A DNA stretch of 64,000 nt from the human T2T-CHM13v2.0 reference genome, Homo sapiens. A program made the translations under genes and the position numbers. The stretch is taken from NCBI RefSeq assembly GCF_009914755.1, contig NC_060933.1. One strand, 5' to 3'. Below, piece by piece: positions 31,740-46,822 of this stretch. Numbering within the stretch: the first letter of the stretch is position 1; each line of letters opens with the position of its first letter. The notes below the pieces were generated by a model. It was not told the DNA's origin. It searched no databases and saw only the letters and a program-made list of their open reading frames with translations.

Positions 31740-32420
31740 TATATTCACCATGTTAATAATTAAGGAAAAGTAATAGCATAATGTCATGTTGATAGAAGCA
31801 GAAAATAGCTTTGAACAAATTAAAATGCTTTCATAATAAAAATTCTTACCACATATCAAAGAAGAAAACTTACTTAACGTAATGAAGGGTATTTACAAAA
31901 ACCTTCAGTAAACATCACAGTAAAATACTAAGAATTTCATTAAAACCTGAACAATAGAAAAGATAACAACAACTTTGTAATAAAAGATATTGTGGAGTAC
32001 ATAATGAAAAATCAATAATGGGTATAAAGTGTTTAATAAGAAAAAGCATGAATATTGGCAGTTTATATTATCTCCTACAAAGAAAACTCAAAATACCTAC
32101 ATTAAATATAAATTAAATGCAAAAATAAATTACATTTATATAAACCAGCAATAGTCATTTAGAAAATATTCTTTAATAGAGGATGTCACTTATAATTTTA
32201 ATAAAAATATAAAATGCATAGGCATAAATTCAATAATAAATTTAAGAAAGGTATCCAGAGAATTATAAAACTATACTGAAAGAAAATAACACCTGAATAA
32301 TTTAAAATATATAAAAATTTCATGGCTACTATGAAGTCTCAATATCATTTAGATATTAACTATACTCATATTTATGTTTACATTCCAGGCAATCCTAATA
32401 AATATTATAATCGTTTTTAT
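31740..32420 (+). mobile_element. Degraded L1ME ORF2 fragment
   Basis: atagaagcagaaaatagctttgaacaaattaaa, gggtatttacaaaaaccttcagtaaacatcac, gagaattataaaactatactgaaaga. Confidence 0.6.
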
Positions 32421-32960
32421 TTGTTTTGTGCTTGTTTAGTTTGGTATTGGTTTCTTGTTTATATTAAATTTGAAAAACTAATTCTTTTATTTATAAGTGA
32501 AATTTCAAGACTAAATATAAAATAATGGGAGACAATTATAATTGGGGGACTTGTGCAACTGGACAAGATCACATTATAGTAATTAATAGACTATGCACTT
32601 GCCACAGAAATTATAGATTCCCATATTTGGTCTACTTACTAGAATATCCCACCACTTACTGCTGTAGAAAGTATGCGAGCACATGAACAGAATTGTAGAA
32701 AAAATGAAGAATTCATTTGGGACATCCTGAGTTTGTGAAACCCATGCAACAATAAATTATATATCCATTAATCAGTTTTATATGAGTCTAAATTATTAGA
32801 GGCTAAGGTTTGGTCGGCATCAGCAGCAATAAGATTGTACTCAAAGTCATACATGTGAAAAAGTTAACCTAAGAGAATGCAGACACATACATGAGAGTGA
32901 ATGAACAAAAAGAAAGCATGTTAAAGTTACAACCTTTAAACGCACAAGCATCTAAGTTGT

Positions 32961-33336
32961 TGTTTTAGTTTACTAGGTCTGCTGTAACAAAATAACACAG
33001 ACTGGGTAGTTTAAACAACGTAAAAATACTTCCTCACAATTACGGAAGCCTGGAAGTTTAAGATCAAGGTGTTGGCATTGGCAAGCTAAGTTCTTCTGTG
33101 GCCCCTTTCCTTGGCTTGAGGATGGCCTCCTTCTAGTTGTGTCCTCACATAGGTTGACCCACTGTGTATCCTAATTGCCTTTTCTGATAAATCATACTGG
33201 ATTAGGGTCTATTCTAAAGACATTTTAAATTAATGACCTCTTTAAAGGTCCTATGTCCAAAGACAGTCAAAGTCTGACGTTTTGGAATACAATTCAACAT
33301 ATGAAGTTTTGGGGGGACATATGTCAAGATATAACA
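32961..33336 (-). mobile_element. MLT1 (B/C-type) MaLR solo LTR within an L2 fragment
   Basis: ttagtttactaggtctgctgtaacaaaataacacagactgggtagtttaaacaac...caacatatgaagttttggggggaca...ataaca. Confidence 0.85.
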
Positions 33337-33486
33337 ATCGTGAATAAAGTGAGATTAGTCTGGAATGAACTATTTTCAAATGGTAGATTGCATATCCATA
33401 GTGTTAGCCTATTATGTGCATAAACACATGATTTTAGCAGAGAGGATTTTACTTTGTCTATACGCTGTGTTCACAGCAATATCCAA

Positions 33487-33591
33487 AGAAGGAAGAAAAC
33501 AAAGAAAGGAAGCAAGGAAGGAAAGAAGCTAGGAAGGAAGGAAGAAGTAGAGACAGAGAGAGGGAGAAAGAAAGAAAGAAAGAAAGGAAAG
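33487..33591 (+). repeat. GA-rich low complexity (GGAA/GAAA)
   Basis: gaaggaagaaaacaaagaaggaagcaaggaaggaaag...gaaagaaagaaagaaagaaagg. Confidence 0.9.
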
Positions 33592-33657
33592 TCCCATTCA
33601 ATAAGAGATACAATAAAATAACATTATAATGTCTCTTCGATTTTAAAAATATATCTA

Positions 33658-34734
33658 TATCGGGGGAACCAGCCCCCGATATTTCAACGTGGGTTCTTTT
33701 CTATTTTCCCTGAGTGTCGGTTGGTCTGAGAAATAAAGGGAAAGAATACAAAACAGAGAAATTTTAAAGCTGGGTGTCCAAGGGAGACATCATATGTCAG
33801 CAGGTTCCGTGATGCCCCCAAGCCACAAAACCAGCAAGTTTTTATTATGGATTTGAAAAGGAGGGAGTGTATGAATAGGGTGTGGGTCACAGAGGTTGTA
33901 TGCTTCACAAGGCAATAAAATATCACAAGGCAAATGGGGGCAGAGCGAGATCATGGGACCAGGATGAAATTAAAATTGCTAATTAACTTTCATGTCCCAC
34001 TGGGCACGCATTGTCATTGATAACATCTTATCAGGTGACAGGGTTTGAGAGCAGACAACCGGTCTGACTAAAATTTACTAGGCAGGAATTTCCTGATCTT
34101 ATAGGCCTGGGGGCCCTACGGTAGACTGGGGCTTGTTTCATCCCTTGTTTACAACCGTATAAGACAGACATTCCTAGAGTGGCCATTTTAGAGACCTCCC
34201 TCTGGGAATGCATTCTTTCTCAGGGCTGTTCCTTGCTGAGAAAAAGAATTCAGCGATATTTCTCCTATTCGCTTTTGTAAGAAGAGAAATATGACTCTGT
34301 TCCACCTGGCACCTCAGGCAGTCAGGCCCAATGGTTATCTCCCTTTTTCCCTGAACATCGCTGTTATCCTGTTCTTTTTTCAAGGTGCCCAGATTTCATA
34401 TTGTTTAAACACACATGCTTTATGAACAATTTGTGCAGTTAACACAATCATCACAGGGTCCTGAGGCGACATACATCCTCAGCTTATGAAGATGATGGGA
34501 TTAATAGATTAAAGACAGACATAGGAAATCACAAGAGTATTGATTGGGGAAGTGATAAATGTCCATGGAATCTTCACAATTTATGTTCAGAGATTGTAGT
34601 AAAGACAGGTATAAGAAATTATAAAAGTATTAATTTGGGGAATGAATAAATGTCCATGAAATCTTCACAATTTATGTTATTCTGTCACAGCTTCAGCAGG
34701 TCCCTCTGTTCAGAATCCCTGATTTCCCGCAACA
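33658..34734 (-). mobile_element. MER11 (HERVK11/HML-8) full-length solo LTR, 1077 bp
   Basis: Termini tatcgggggaaccagcccccgatatttcaacgt and ccctgatttcccgcaaca; internal ~85-bp direct repeat; perfect 6-bp TSD TATCTA at 33652-33657 and 34735-34740, the ERVK-type length. Confidence 0.95.
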
Positions 34735-35068
34735 TATCTATATATTTATCTGTATGTTTTTTCCTGATTATCTCCTAAGAGTACTTTAGAAGATTATAAT
34801 GAAAGTAGCTTTAAATGATCGACTCTTGTATAGTCAAGAATGTTCTGACAAAAAAACAATGTTACCAATGATACTAAAACATCAAACACAATGGAATGAA
34901 GAAATGGGACCTACTTAACACGTATTGTCATTTCTATATTCTTTGTGAACAAAGAAAAGAAAATATACGCAAAATAAAATATGTAAATCATCAGGTGAAT
35001 GTCACTTGTGAATACAGACAAAGGAAAATAGCGTAATTCATATAGTATATTTAGGAATTCATAGAGGT

Positions 35069-35400
<332 letters not shown>

Positions 35401-38039
35401 TCAGTTAAGTTATACAAATACTTTCACTACATTTTACATTTTCATAGTGATGGTTAATAAATAGTCATAATCATACACACATTGTCACCTTATACATATA
35501 CACTTAGGTTGCCCCCAAACATAAAGACATGTGTTTCTAGATTTAATATCATAATCCTTCATCTCTATGTGCAATCTCTAGGCTATACAGTAAGTAAAGT
35601 ACTACACCTTCTATTTTAAAATGAACTAGCTAAACATTTAAACGGTTATCCTGAGATTAATTCACTGTACTGAAGGTATTAATATTAAAATTCTATTAGT
35701 TTATCCTATGTGATGTAAATGAAATCAGCTCCTTCTTTAAGGCACTGAGTTTTTTTTTTCCTGTTAATTCTAAATTATATACATACTTTTACATCCTATT
35801 ACAATTTCTCCAGGTTTCTTTCTGCAAAATATAGAAACATTTTTGCGTATTATCAAATTTCCACTACTTTACCCTACTTTACCTGTTAAAGCAGACTTTA
35901 AATTGAAATATACAAAACTTAGTTTCAATTTTCTTTGTGTTCCTTGTCCAAAACACTGTAATTCCTTCAAGCCTTCTAATAAAAATGGCTTCTACTAAAC
36001 CTCTTCAGCTTGTTACTTTTTGAAAGAAATCAGAGGCTCCATTATTGTGTCAAGTCCATAGGGAAGAACATTTCTTTGGCATAATTAGTTCTCTTCTGCC
36101 CTGTGTATATATGGCCCTAAGGATATAATAAATAATATTAACAATTTCCTCTCTGGATCCTGAGGGCTCACTCTCCCAAATTATACCTGGAAATAAATGA
36201 ATGCAATTTTAGAAAAAAAATGTGTTCTATCTACTCTGTGTGATTGAAAGAAAATAAATTAATTTAAGCAGTATCAGCAGAATAGGCAACCATGACAATT
36301 AAAATATCTTCCAATTTTATTTCAAAGCTAATCTAAGAAATATTTTTAGGTGAGATAAATGTCTGAAATACTGTGGATTATTTTTGGATACTGTAAATAT
36401 GCATTGCCAAACTTAATATATTTGTAACTTATGAGTTTTGCAAATCATTATTTAATTTTTACAGAATTGTAGTTATGTCTTGTCCATTTGGTTAGGTCCA
36501 TATATTAATTATTTGCTCTCATTAGATATTAGCTATGTGTATAAATGTGTGTGTTGACTTCTATATCTCAGATTCCTTGATAATATTTTATTTATCTTTA
36601 AATCTATTACCAGCACGTCAGAAAGTGTCTTATATATAGTAGGCATTAAATGTTCATAGTTTTGATTAAATCATTTTTAAGTTAGTGGAATTATCTCTTT
36701 CTTAATTTTTACTGCCTTTGTCTCTTCCCCATTTCTTTTAAGATCAAACTTGAATATTTATATCAGTTCACTAAATCTGAGTTAAGAAGCATACTTCAAA
36801 AGGCCATGCATTATTCATGCCTTATTATGTAGGTATGATAATGGTAAGAAAATTTCTGTTATTAAATAGTACTTTGTGATTTGTTAATTATAATTCATGC
36901 CTTACTTTAAAAGTCGTCAAATTTTTGTTTTGAGGAAAAGTTTACTTGGTTTACTTAGTATGGTACAAAGTTCTACCTCAGTCTAATTTTTTTCTTTAAA
37001 TAAATTTAAGCCTATTTTTAAGTTTCAAGGTAAATTTTAATAGGCGATGGAGCATGAAATTCAGTAAGTAAATCTACATGGTATTTTTTGTTCTGTTTTC
37101 AAATCATAGTATACCTGGTAAAGAAAATGTTTTCCATAGAAAGAGCAAGACAAGGCTATAAACTCTGTTAACACTTAATTTTTTTTCCTAAAATGTCTGG
37201 CTAATGTTTAAGAATGAACTGATTTCAAAATCTAATTTTTTAGAAATAAATTGGGTTATTCACATTTAACTCAAAATAGATTTTATTTATACCTATATAT
37301 TTCCTAGGGACATCACAATTATTATAACTTTGGAAGAGATATACTTTATAGATACATGAAATTTCATAATAACAATACTAAATTTTCATAGAAAATTCAA
37401 GTTTTTCTAAAATGTTTCTAGTCTTCTGAAGAAAATACATGTCTCTCTAATCAAATAAATCACATTACAGTAATCACAACTATCTCCACCACAACCAAAT
37501 AAAATCCTGGCAGGTTGTGTGCCTCTGTGAAATTTACATATATATTAACAGATCTAGTTGGCATTCTTCATGTGCCAAGATATATGATGTGCAAAACTAA
37601 TTAATTAAATAAGACATTCTCTTTTTTCCCCTGACCGAACTTTGCTCTAGTTATACTACAAATTAGGTTTCAGACAATAATAATTAGATCATTATTACTA
37701 TTCAGCTAGTTCCTTATGGCAAAAAGAAAAAAAAAAAGTTTCCTTATTTAGGCAGAAGAAAGAATGACCAACCAAAGAATGGTCACTATTAATGATTGGA
37801 GATGAAGATCAAGAGTCAAAAACACCTTATATGGGTATTTACAGAATGCTAGACACGTTGATAAGAATTTTGCATTTATCGCCTCAATTATTTCATCCTA
37901 TTTAACTATGAAGAATGTACTAATACTATGACTATTTTACGGGTGGACATACATAAATTAAGGGCACTTTGTCTGCATTGTAAGTAAAAAGAATAGACAT
38001 GATGCAAACTCACTCTCTCACCTAAGGGCTTCTACTCTT

Positions 38040-38240
38040 TTTGGTTTTTATTTTGTTTACAATTGACACATAATAAGTCTACATGTTTATGGGGTACAGT
38101 GTGATGTTTCAGTATATGTATACATTGATCCTTGTTAAATCAAGGTAGTCAGCACGTTCATCACCTCAAACCCTTTCATTTCTTTGCTTGGTTAACTTTC
38201 AAAATCTTCTGTTGTGGCAATTTTGAAATGTATAATACAT
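38040..38240 (-). mobile_element. L1MA 3' end
   Basis: aattgacacataataagtctacatgtttatggggtacagtgtgatgtttcagtatatgtataca...catcacctcaaac. Confidence 0.82.
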
Positions 38241-38994
38241 GGCATAAACTAATACTTCTGAGAATGTGAATAACATACCAAAGCACCTCTTCTTTTCTTG
38301 AAAAAAAACTCCAAACAAAAATTCTTATGTAATTTTAATATTTCTGAATTTTACCACGTATTCTTTTCAAACTCTCAAAGTATTATTTATATTTTCTGTT
38401 AATTGAGATCTAATTTTAGTCAGTGGTGTTGATATTTTATTTTAATAACATTGCCATATAAAGTTTAGTACTTCTCGTGGCAAAAGTTTCTACACATATA
38501 TACTTATACACACAGAAGTAACTGCTTTTGGATATATCTGTGTGAATTTGGCTTCCTACCATTTCTTACAGTAAAGAAGATGAACTATGTCTGTCATTAT
38601 TTCCCTAACTGTAATGAATTCTTGTAACACTACTATAATAGCAATGACAGCAGCAATATTGCAACGCTTTGGCATATTAGTCCCATGCTGTAGAAAATGT
38701 CCAAATGATAGCAATCATTGTACCCCTCCCAGCTGCTATGCTAGAAGGCATATGTGACAATATTGTAATTAAGGAAATTAAGTGATGGAAGAAATTGGAG
38801 AAGCAACCAGTCTGTGATTTAGGCAAATATTCAAAGGAAACTTCTTTGCAATTTCTCAAAGTTAAATTGGTGTATATAAGAGGATTTACTAAAATCTGTT
38901 TCTCACTTTTGGAAAAACATAGTAATAGAATTACTTGTCACCAGGTTGAGCTTTCAAATGGTCACTGTGGTAACCAGTGAGAAAATATTGATTA

Positions 38995-39190
38995 ATATTT
39001 ATAAACCATTCAATTATTGTGTACTGGGCTATGTGCTTACTAATTGTCCCTGGGGTGTTAGCACTATAGAAAACACATCCTGCTCCTTCTTTCTGGAGTT
39101 TACACTGAGATCGGGTAATAAATGACCATCTTAACAAAGTGATAAGATGAATTCAGGCATTAATAAGTATGTTAAAGAAAATTAATGGGA
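38995..39190 (-). mobile_element. L2 3' fragment
   Basis: tcctgctccttctttctggagtttacactgaga...taataagtatgttaaagaaaattaa. Confidence 0.55.
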
Positions 39191-41989
39191 TGGGAATTGG
39201 ATTATCACCTAAATGGGGGAAAAAAAGCAGAAGACAAGTCCCTTATCAAAAAGCATTCCTCATCTATACCACAGGGCATAGAAAATGATATTAGTGATTG
39301 TTTTCCAAGTAATCCCAAGAGGGTTCATCACTAGCCATAGTCTAGGTGCATTTGAAAGAAAATAATTCAATAAAAACAATGAATATCTTAGAACAAGAGG
39401 GTTTAATTCACTTGAAGAAACCAGATAGAAAAGGAGCCATCAGAAACAGTCTCTGCTGGAGTTGCTATATTTGGCTTTAGACGTGAATGTTAAGAAGTCT
39501 GTCATATTAACGTTATAAAGGCCTTGTGCTCTAATCTAGGAAGATGGAGCAATATATGGAAAAGGTTTGAGGCAGGAATATGTTCGTTCTTTCGGTTGAC
39601 CCTCTGCTAGACGTTTGGTGAATTAGTTCAGCTACTGAAAAGGCATACATCTTGGCTCAATGAAAAACATATATGATGCAAATGTTGATGTAAGATGCCT
39701 CTACATTTTAAGAAGATTCCAGTACAATCTGGATGATTTTTATTTACTGTGATATTCTGTGCTTTTGTCATAAGACTTCGTGGTTTTTTTCTGTCCCCCG
39801 TTGGATTTCATATCATTCATCAAACTGCTCAGCCTAATAACAACTTTTGAATTGCTACGTTTCATTTTCTTTCATAATAATGCGATCAAATCAGTTGTCT
39901 AATGTAGGGTGGAATTATAAAAAGTATGTTATTTAAAAAGACATTTTAAAGCCATATCTCATGTTAGTTTTATATTTTTTTCTGAATTGATCACATCATA
40001 AATTTGAGACTTGCTTACCTCTCACTGATGCTCTTTTGCACGCATCTCCCCGCAGCTGCCAATCTTATTTTTACTCTTGTACATATTAGAATAGTATAAC
40101 ACCTGAGAGATCCAAAACAAACACAATATATCACATGCTAATAACAAATTATAGATAGAAAATATATTATCTAATTCCCAGCACAGCTTTCAATAAAATT
40201 TGTCATAATAGCTTGTGCATATTTATTTACCTTTTAATAACATTTTCTTGGTTGTACCTGCCCACCTCTTTGGTAAATGGTTACTATGCTTGGCGCTCTC
40301 ATGTTTCCCCTCCTGCTCTCCCCTCCCCCAAATGCAAAGCTGCTTCTGATATAAAATTACATATGCAAGCAGGTTTATATAAGCATTCTTTTAAGGGGTC
40401 GTAAACCCAAGTTATGTGTATGGAAGAAAATATATGACCTAAGGTGTCGGTGAGACATAGTTTCAAATTTCAGTTCTGCAACTTACTTCTAACCAATTGT
40501 AAATTAACTTTTTTTCATTAAACGAGATGAATTATGTAAATTATTGTCACATAAGTAACACTAAAAGTAACACTAAATACGCATTTTTTTCTTAATTCCC
40601 TCGATTTCTCATGTGAAAAACATTGGAAAAATTTTTGCATTGCAATTCCAATCTTGTCAAAATCCTTCTTAAATTATGCCCCAAAACATATCATTATTTA
40701 AATTCAAATCTCTACCCTATTCAAAACTATACCTTTTAAACTATTTAACTGCAAGCCAATTCTAGTTCTGTGCCCTATGTCAAATAATCAGTGTAAAATG
40801 GTCACTGAATCCAGAACAAATGAAAAATTCAGGACATCTTGTTTTACTTTTTCCTTATACTCTAATTATTAATCTCCATATGCAGCTATTCTACTTCCTA
40901 ATTAAATAGAAATTTATTCCTTTTTCTCCATTTTAAAGGCCTGCTCAAGTTCAGGGCCTTATTTTCTCTTTGGCATGCTCTTCTAATAAGAGCACATATA
41001 AGATAAACATTTATGTTTCTCATATATATATATAAACTATATGTGAACTATATATAAAACATGTATATGAACTATAAATAATGCATATATGATTCATATA
41101 TAGTTCTTACCAAAATAAGGCATGCAAATAGCAGTAAATTATCTACTACAGAGTAGCTATTAAAGGAAAGCAAATATTTCCAAATTCTTACCTTTGTAAA
41201 TGTAATAATATTTCTCAAATTTGTATTTTATTATTTACGGGAATATCTCCATAATGCTACACAGTAGGTTTACAACACCATTTTAATGACCAACTTAAGA
41301 CCATTGCTGTTTAATTCTCAATATGAAAGATGAGGATTTACATTACTGAAGCTAACTACACCTATCTTTTCTCCTCTGAATTTGAATTTCTGTTTTACTG
41401 TTGGATTGCTTTGTATTTTTAATAATTTGACTGTCTGAAAATATGTCTAATTTCCCATTTTGTAACAGAAATATAACTTCCACTACCCTTGCACTCACCT
41501 TCTTTATCACACTCAGCCTTTTATATTCTACTTTCTATTAGTTATTGAATCATTTTTAAAATTATGATTAAAGCTGTCAGAATTCACACTTTTCCCTTTT
41601 GGCCCCAACCAATGTTCCTATGCTTTAGTCACTGGTTAACTCTAAAGTGAATACAAATAAATGTACACTTTATTTTTCAATGACAGATTACTTAGTGTTT
41701 TAGGGTCATGTGCACTTTGTAGAGTTAATACTCTTTAGCCCCTTAAGGGAAATGTTTCTGATACCCAGGTCAAATAGATTCTCTAGTTACACTACATTAG
41801 TTGCTCACTACCATGTAATCTTCCCTTTGCTTCATATTAAATTGCTACTTTTAAGTTCAGGTATTGCAGCCTTTCCTTTTCCACCTCATGATTCCATTAT
41901 CATTGTTTAATTGATTTTCTTGTATTTATAGCCTTTAATATATTATTATTTCCAACATCTCCATATATTATCCAATCCAATTCATTACA

Positions 41990-42673
41990 TGCTTTCCTTT
42001 CTTTTTTCTTGAAATTCCCCTCCAGGTGTTTCTGAATTTCCTGCACTAAATATGGTCTGTTTGATTTTTTGGCTGGATGAGCTGATTGCATCCTGATAGT
42101 GAACTGTATTGATCTTTCACATTGGAGCTACTGTTTTCTGGAGCCCATGTCTTCTGTTCTCTTGGTTTTCTATTTCAGTTTGATGGAAAACTTCTTCAAG
42201 TAACTTCCTAAGATAATAGATTGATGGAGATACAAGTTCTTTATCTCATTTAGCTAAAGACAGCTTTACAAAGTTTCTGAGTATAGAAATCCAGATTAGA
42301 AATAATTACGGATAAGTTGTTAAGTTATTGTCTTCTGGTTTACAGTTTTCTCATGAGAGTTCTGGTGTCAACCTTATATCGTCTTCGTTGAAGAAATTAT
42401 TTCTTCCCTGAAGTTTTAAGATCCTACTTCTTTCTTCTACTGAGATATCATGGGGATTTGACTAGGTACACAACCAGATGAGGCCTGTGAATATATAACG
42501 ATTTTGAGAGGCTTTTGGCTTATAATGTCTCTTAACTTGATGATATTTTTAGCCTTTTTTATCTTTCCTAACTTTGTGGGACTTACTAATCGTTGAATAT
42601 TGTATTTCCTTAACTGGTAATGTATAATTCTGTTTGTCTTACTTTCTCATATTTTCTTTCTTCTTTTGGCCAA

Positions 42674-42722
<49 letters not shown>

Positions 42723-42990
42723 CTTAATTGATTTATCAGCTATGTCTTTGTTACTTTTACTTTAGTAACTTAAGACTTCAATTTTTTTTTCTGATGGTAT
42801 CTGTCCTTTGTTTTTTGTGCTTAGTATTCTCCTTAAATTTGAGTACATTAATTAGAAATGTTACTGTTTAATTTTCCCTTCTCTTTCCTCTCTATTAAAT
42901 TTCATTTTTTATTTGTTATTTTGATTTTCAACTTTTATGTCTGTGAATCTGTTCAATTGTTTAATTACCGCTGGCTATCTACTGAAATTT
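41990..42990 (-). mobile_element. Degraded HAL1/L1ME fragment
   Basis: ctgttttctggagcccatgtcttc...cttcaagtaacttcctaaga...ctgagtatagaaatccagattagaaataatt. Confidence 0.55.
42675..42720. repeat. (AC)23 microsatellite
   Basis: Perfect dinucleotide run. Confidence 0.98.
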
Positions 42991-44638
42991 AAGAAAGAAT
43001 GATAGGTAACTAGTGTTGTTTTCTAAATCTCTAGTTTCCACAATAATGTTTCCCAGTGGCTCTCTCCCCTAAATATTTCTGATTTGCAAGTTAAATTATT
43101 CATGAAATTTGTTGACATAATCTATAACATTCTACTATATCGTAAAGACATCTTGAAATCTACCAATTATTAAGCTTTTTGGTTATGTCAAAAAGATAAA
43201 TACAAAAATTCAACATTAAGACTGCTATTTGAACTATAGCCATTTCCCAATTTATTTCTAGAATTCAGAGGAAATCACTGAGCAGCTTACATGATAATGT
43301 AATGTTCTAATTACATAAATTAATAAACTCAAACAATGCATAAAAGATATATCTAGGTATGCTTAGTTTTCTTAACTAAATATTTGTAATACTTAGTGTT
43401 AGCCCACAAGGCAGTGGCAGAATAAAAATTATTCTTGCTCAGAAATGAAAGGCTTTCTCTCCATTAATTATTAAAAAGGCAAAAACAGAAACTCTTACAA
43501 AAAAAAAGAAAAACCAACGTCATAAGTTTTCAGCAGCAGTTACCACTTGTAATTAATAAAATATAGTTAGAGCAAAATCTTGCATTCCTCACCAATGCCT
43601 AAATGTCTTTAACCATTTAAAGGCTTTATTTCCATTAGTTACTTTATAGTACTCAGAATCACTGGGATTTTTGATGTGTATATATGCAATAAATTTATAT
43701 ATGTTTTCTCATTTAGAAGGTATGAATCTGATCAATGGGAGGTTTGTGAATTATTGCATTTATATGTATATTTGCTTTAATATTAACAAAAGGGTGAGAA
43801 TATGGAATTTTTATATGTTTAAATTCATGAGAATAAGAACATTTGTAATGACATCTGAAAGATAGTTCGAAAGCATGGAGTAGACAACACTGGTAGAAAT
43901 TCAACAAGTTTGACAATGCCACGAGACAAAGAACTAAAATCAAATTCATTTTTTTCAATTCATAAATTTAATAGAATTTCAAAAACTATTATGATTTTAA
44001 TTTGGAAGTAGATATTGCATTCTTTTTAAATAAAATCTCTGTTTAATATTTTACCCATGTAAATTTAGAAATTAAATCAGACTATTTTCCCATAAATGAC
44101 TCAGACATCTTTTTTCTCAGTTAGATAAAATTAAAATATCAGTTAGATGAAAATTTGTGTGATATTTTCAAAATTACCTAAGAAAAACTTTTATGTAAGT
44201 ATACCTAGGTATTAACTAAATTCTCAATAAAGTTTGCTAAATATTCAGAATTGAATATCATTTTGTGTGAGGAGAAAAATAAATATCTTAGGTTATGTAA
44301 ACCCTATCTTTTTATCTTGATGAGAAAAGAGAAAAAGACATGTCTTCCTTCAACCATTAAAAAGCTTATAAAGTTGTTTAAGTTTGAAATTTATACTTAT
44401 GGGTACCATTTTGGCTTCTACATCTGATTTGTGTTTAATAGCAAAGTTTTGGGAATATAAAAATACAGCTTATTATCATTAAGAAAATAATTAAAAAATA
44501 AGAAAAAAATCTGATTTGGTTCTTTATGAGCAATTGGTCACGACGGCATAAAGCAAATGTTTAGTTGTGCTTTAGGTTGAGAATGTAGGGAACATTAACA
44601 TCAGAACTGAATGAACGCAGTTATCAATATACAGATTT

Positions 44639-44700
44639 TGTAACAAACCTGCATGTTCAGCACATGTATCCCAGAACTTAGAGTAAAATTTTTTAAAAAG
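44639..44700 (+). mobile_element. Extremely 5'-truncated L1PA 3' tip
   Basis: tgtaacaaacctgcatgttcagcacatgtatcccagaacttagagtaaaatt. Confidence 0.8.
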
Positions 44701-44729
44701 TGAGAAGTAAAAAAGTGAAAAAAAAATTT

Positions 44730-44920
44730 TAAGTACCAGATATGTTTTCTGAATACTTGGATTTTATCAGGGAACAAAATAGAGAAATCTTTATGCCTTT
44801 GAGGAGTTTACATTCTATTGGGGGAAGAGAGTAAAAAAAAACAATAAATACAATAAGTATCTGGTAGAAGGTGGTAAGTGCTATGCTCAGAAGAAAAAAT
44901 AATGGAATAGGTTAAGGATG
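44730..44920 (-). mobile_element. L2 3' fragment
   Basis: gaacaaaatagagaaatctttatgcctttgaggagtttacattctattggggg...ggtggtaagtgctatg. Confidence 0.75.
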
Positions 44921-46211
44921 CTATTCTGAAATTCCCCATACAAGCAAAAATGTATTTATAATATATATGTATAGTTTTAACTAATAATAAAACCCACTCT
45001 TTTATGTAAATGAAATACTATATGAGGAAATAGATATAATATGGCTGGTACATGACATTACTTAAATCAACGAAAAAATATTTTTTTCCATCAAGGTTAC
45101 AAAAATATTGTTTGCTTATGTGTAATCTTTCACCGGAAATTGCTCTACTTTATTCATTTCTCAGTATAATTATGAATATTCAGCTAAAAATCACTTTTTC
45201 CTCCTTAAGAAAAAACATCAGTTTTGAAAGGTGGATTCAATTATTAAACCTTTACATTATTAAGATATGATATATATGGGTGTAAATCTACATATGTAAA
45301 CATTCACATTTGTATGTATGTATGAATACACATGCACTCATACTACTTGTCTTTTATAGGAGGCAAAGACAATTAAAATGCACTAATGTAGAAATATAAA
45401 ATTTGATCCCTAATCTGCATTTCCTTCAAGGTAGCAATTTTACAGAATCACTTGAAAAAATAATGACATCATGAGAATTTTTGACATCATGTCAAGAACC
45501 AGTGTAAATTAAAATAAAAATGTACAGAAATACCACATTACCTCAAAATTCTAAGATAATCATTCTGTACTGATTCTATTTACTTCCCTGAAAACCACAC
45601 TATCAAAACGTTAACAATCCTTATTTTTGTTAAGCAAAGATTACTATTATTGGGTGGAAATGAAACTTAGAAAGAATACAAACACATTTAAGATGTTTAA
45701 TATTTAACATCTGTCTCACTAACAGAAGATATTTACCTTTTCTTTCTTTCCAACTACACTGCCATAAAAACACAGATAATAATTTTATTAATAATATTTA
45801 TAACAATGGCACAAAACCAGAAAGTATAGTCCAGAATATGAGAATAATAAAAAATGTATGAAGTAAAAAAAAAATTAAAAGATGAACATCATCATAATAA
45901 AGAAACTATATTCCTATAGATGGGGAAATAGAATATATAAAAATATATCTTTTCAACAAAATATTGGAATTTATCCAAAGTGTTTGAGGAGCTGATACTT
46001 ACAGAAAGAGTGAGTTATGGGCAATCTATCCTCAAGGACATTAAGGAAAATCCAGATAGAACTTTCCCACACTCTCAGTGCTATTTCCATCTTTAAGAGC
46101 TTTTAAATGTCTCCTTCTCTGAGAAAGGTGCCCAGTGATATTAAATTTCATGAGGGCTGACACCATATCTTCCTTGTTAATCATTGCAATCACAGCTCAT
46201 AACAAAATAAC

Positions 46212-46822
46212 TGTGTGGCCGGTTTAATTATGTCAACCTAGTGAAGGTGGAACAAATTGCCCAGTATCCCCTTTCTTACATAATTTTAGATTCATATAGA
46301 TTACAAGAGATGTTGTGGTCTTCATTTGGAAGGGTGAGTGAAGCTGCAGCCATCTTTTTACACACAGAAAGTCAATGAAAAGCAGAAGGTCATTGTCATT
46401 TGTGTGCCATTTCTGCTGGCTCAAAGGGGAGCAACAGGATCTACAACTCCTACCACTCTGACCAGATCTTCAGCTTAAGATTCTCTGACTTTTGGGCCTA
46501 GCATCATGTAAGACTTCAGCTTCTCCTGCAGGACACCTGGAGCACTGAAGTTGGAGGATTGAAAGAGGTGAAATACCATCATAAGTTCCAACTGTCCTTA
46601 TAGTTTTCAGAACAGCCTAGCCAATTCTGGTTTGTTCTTTCTTTCCTAATTTGCATCCAATTTCTGCCCCCAGCAGTCTGCTCAGAACTAGACAAAGAAA
46701 TATAGCCCGGCTGGCATTGCCCTTTTAACCAGGCTACTTCATTGAGTAAAGTCAAATCCCTACACTGAGAGTCTGATTTTGTATAAATCGCCTGGTGCTC
46801 TAGATGAACCATCACTGATTTA
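46212..46822 (+). mobile_element. ERVL solo LTR (LTR50/LTR52-like) between L2 end fragments
   Basis: tgtgtggccggtttaattatgtcaacctagtgaaggtggaac...atttggaagggtgagtgaagctgcagccat...gaaccatcactgattta. Confidence 0.6.

Noticed and set aside
40553-40576. 12-bp tandem duplication aagtaacactaa x2 (similar small duplications near 44117-44155 and 45464-45495)
   Set aside because: Ordinary slippage duplications expected in AT-rich DNA.
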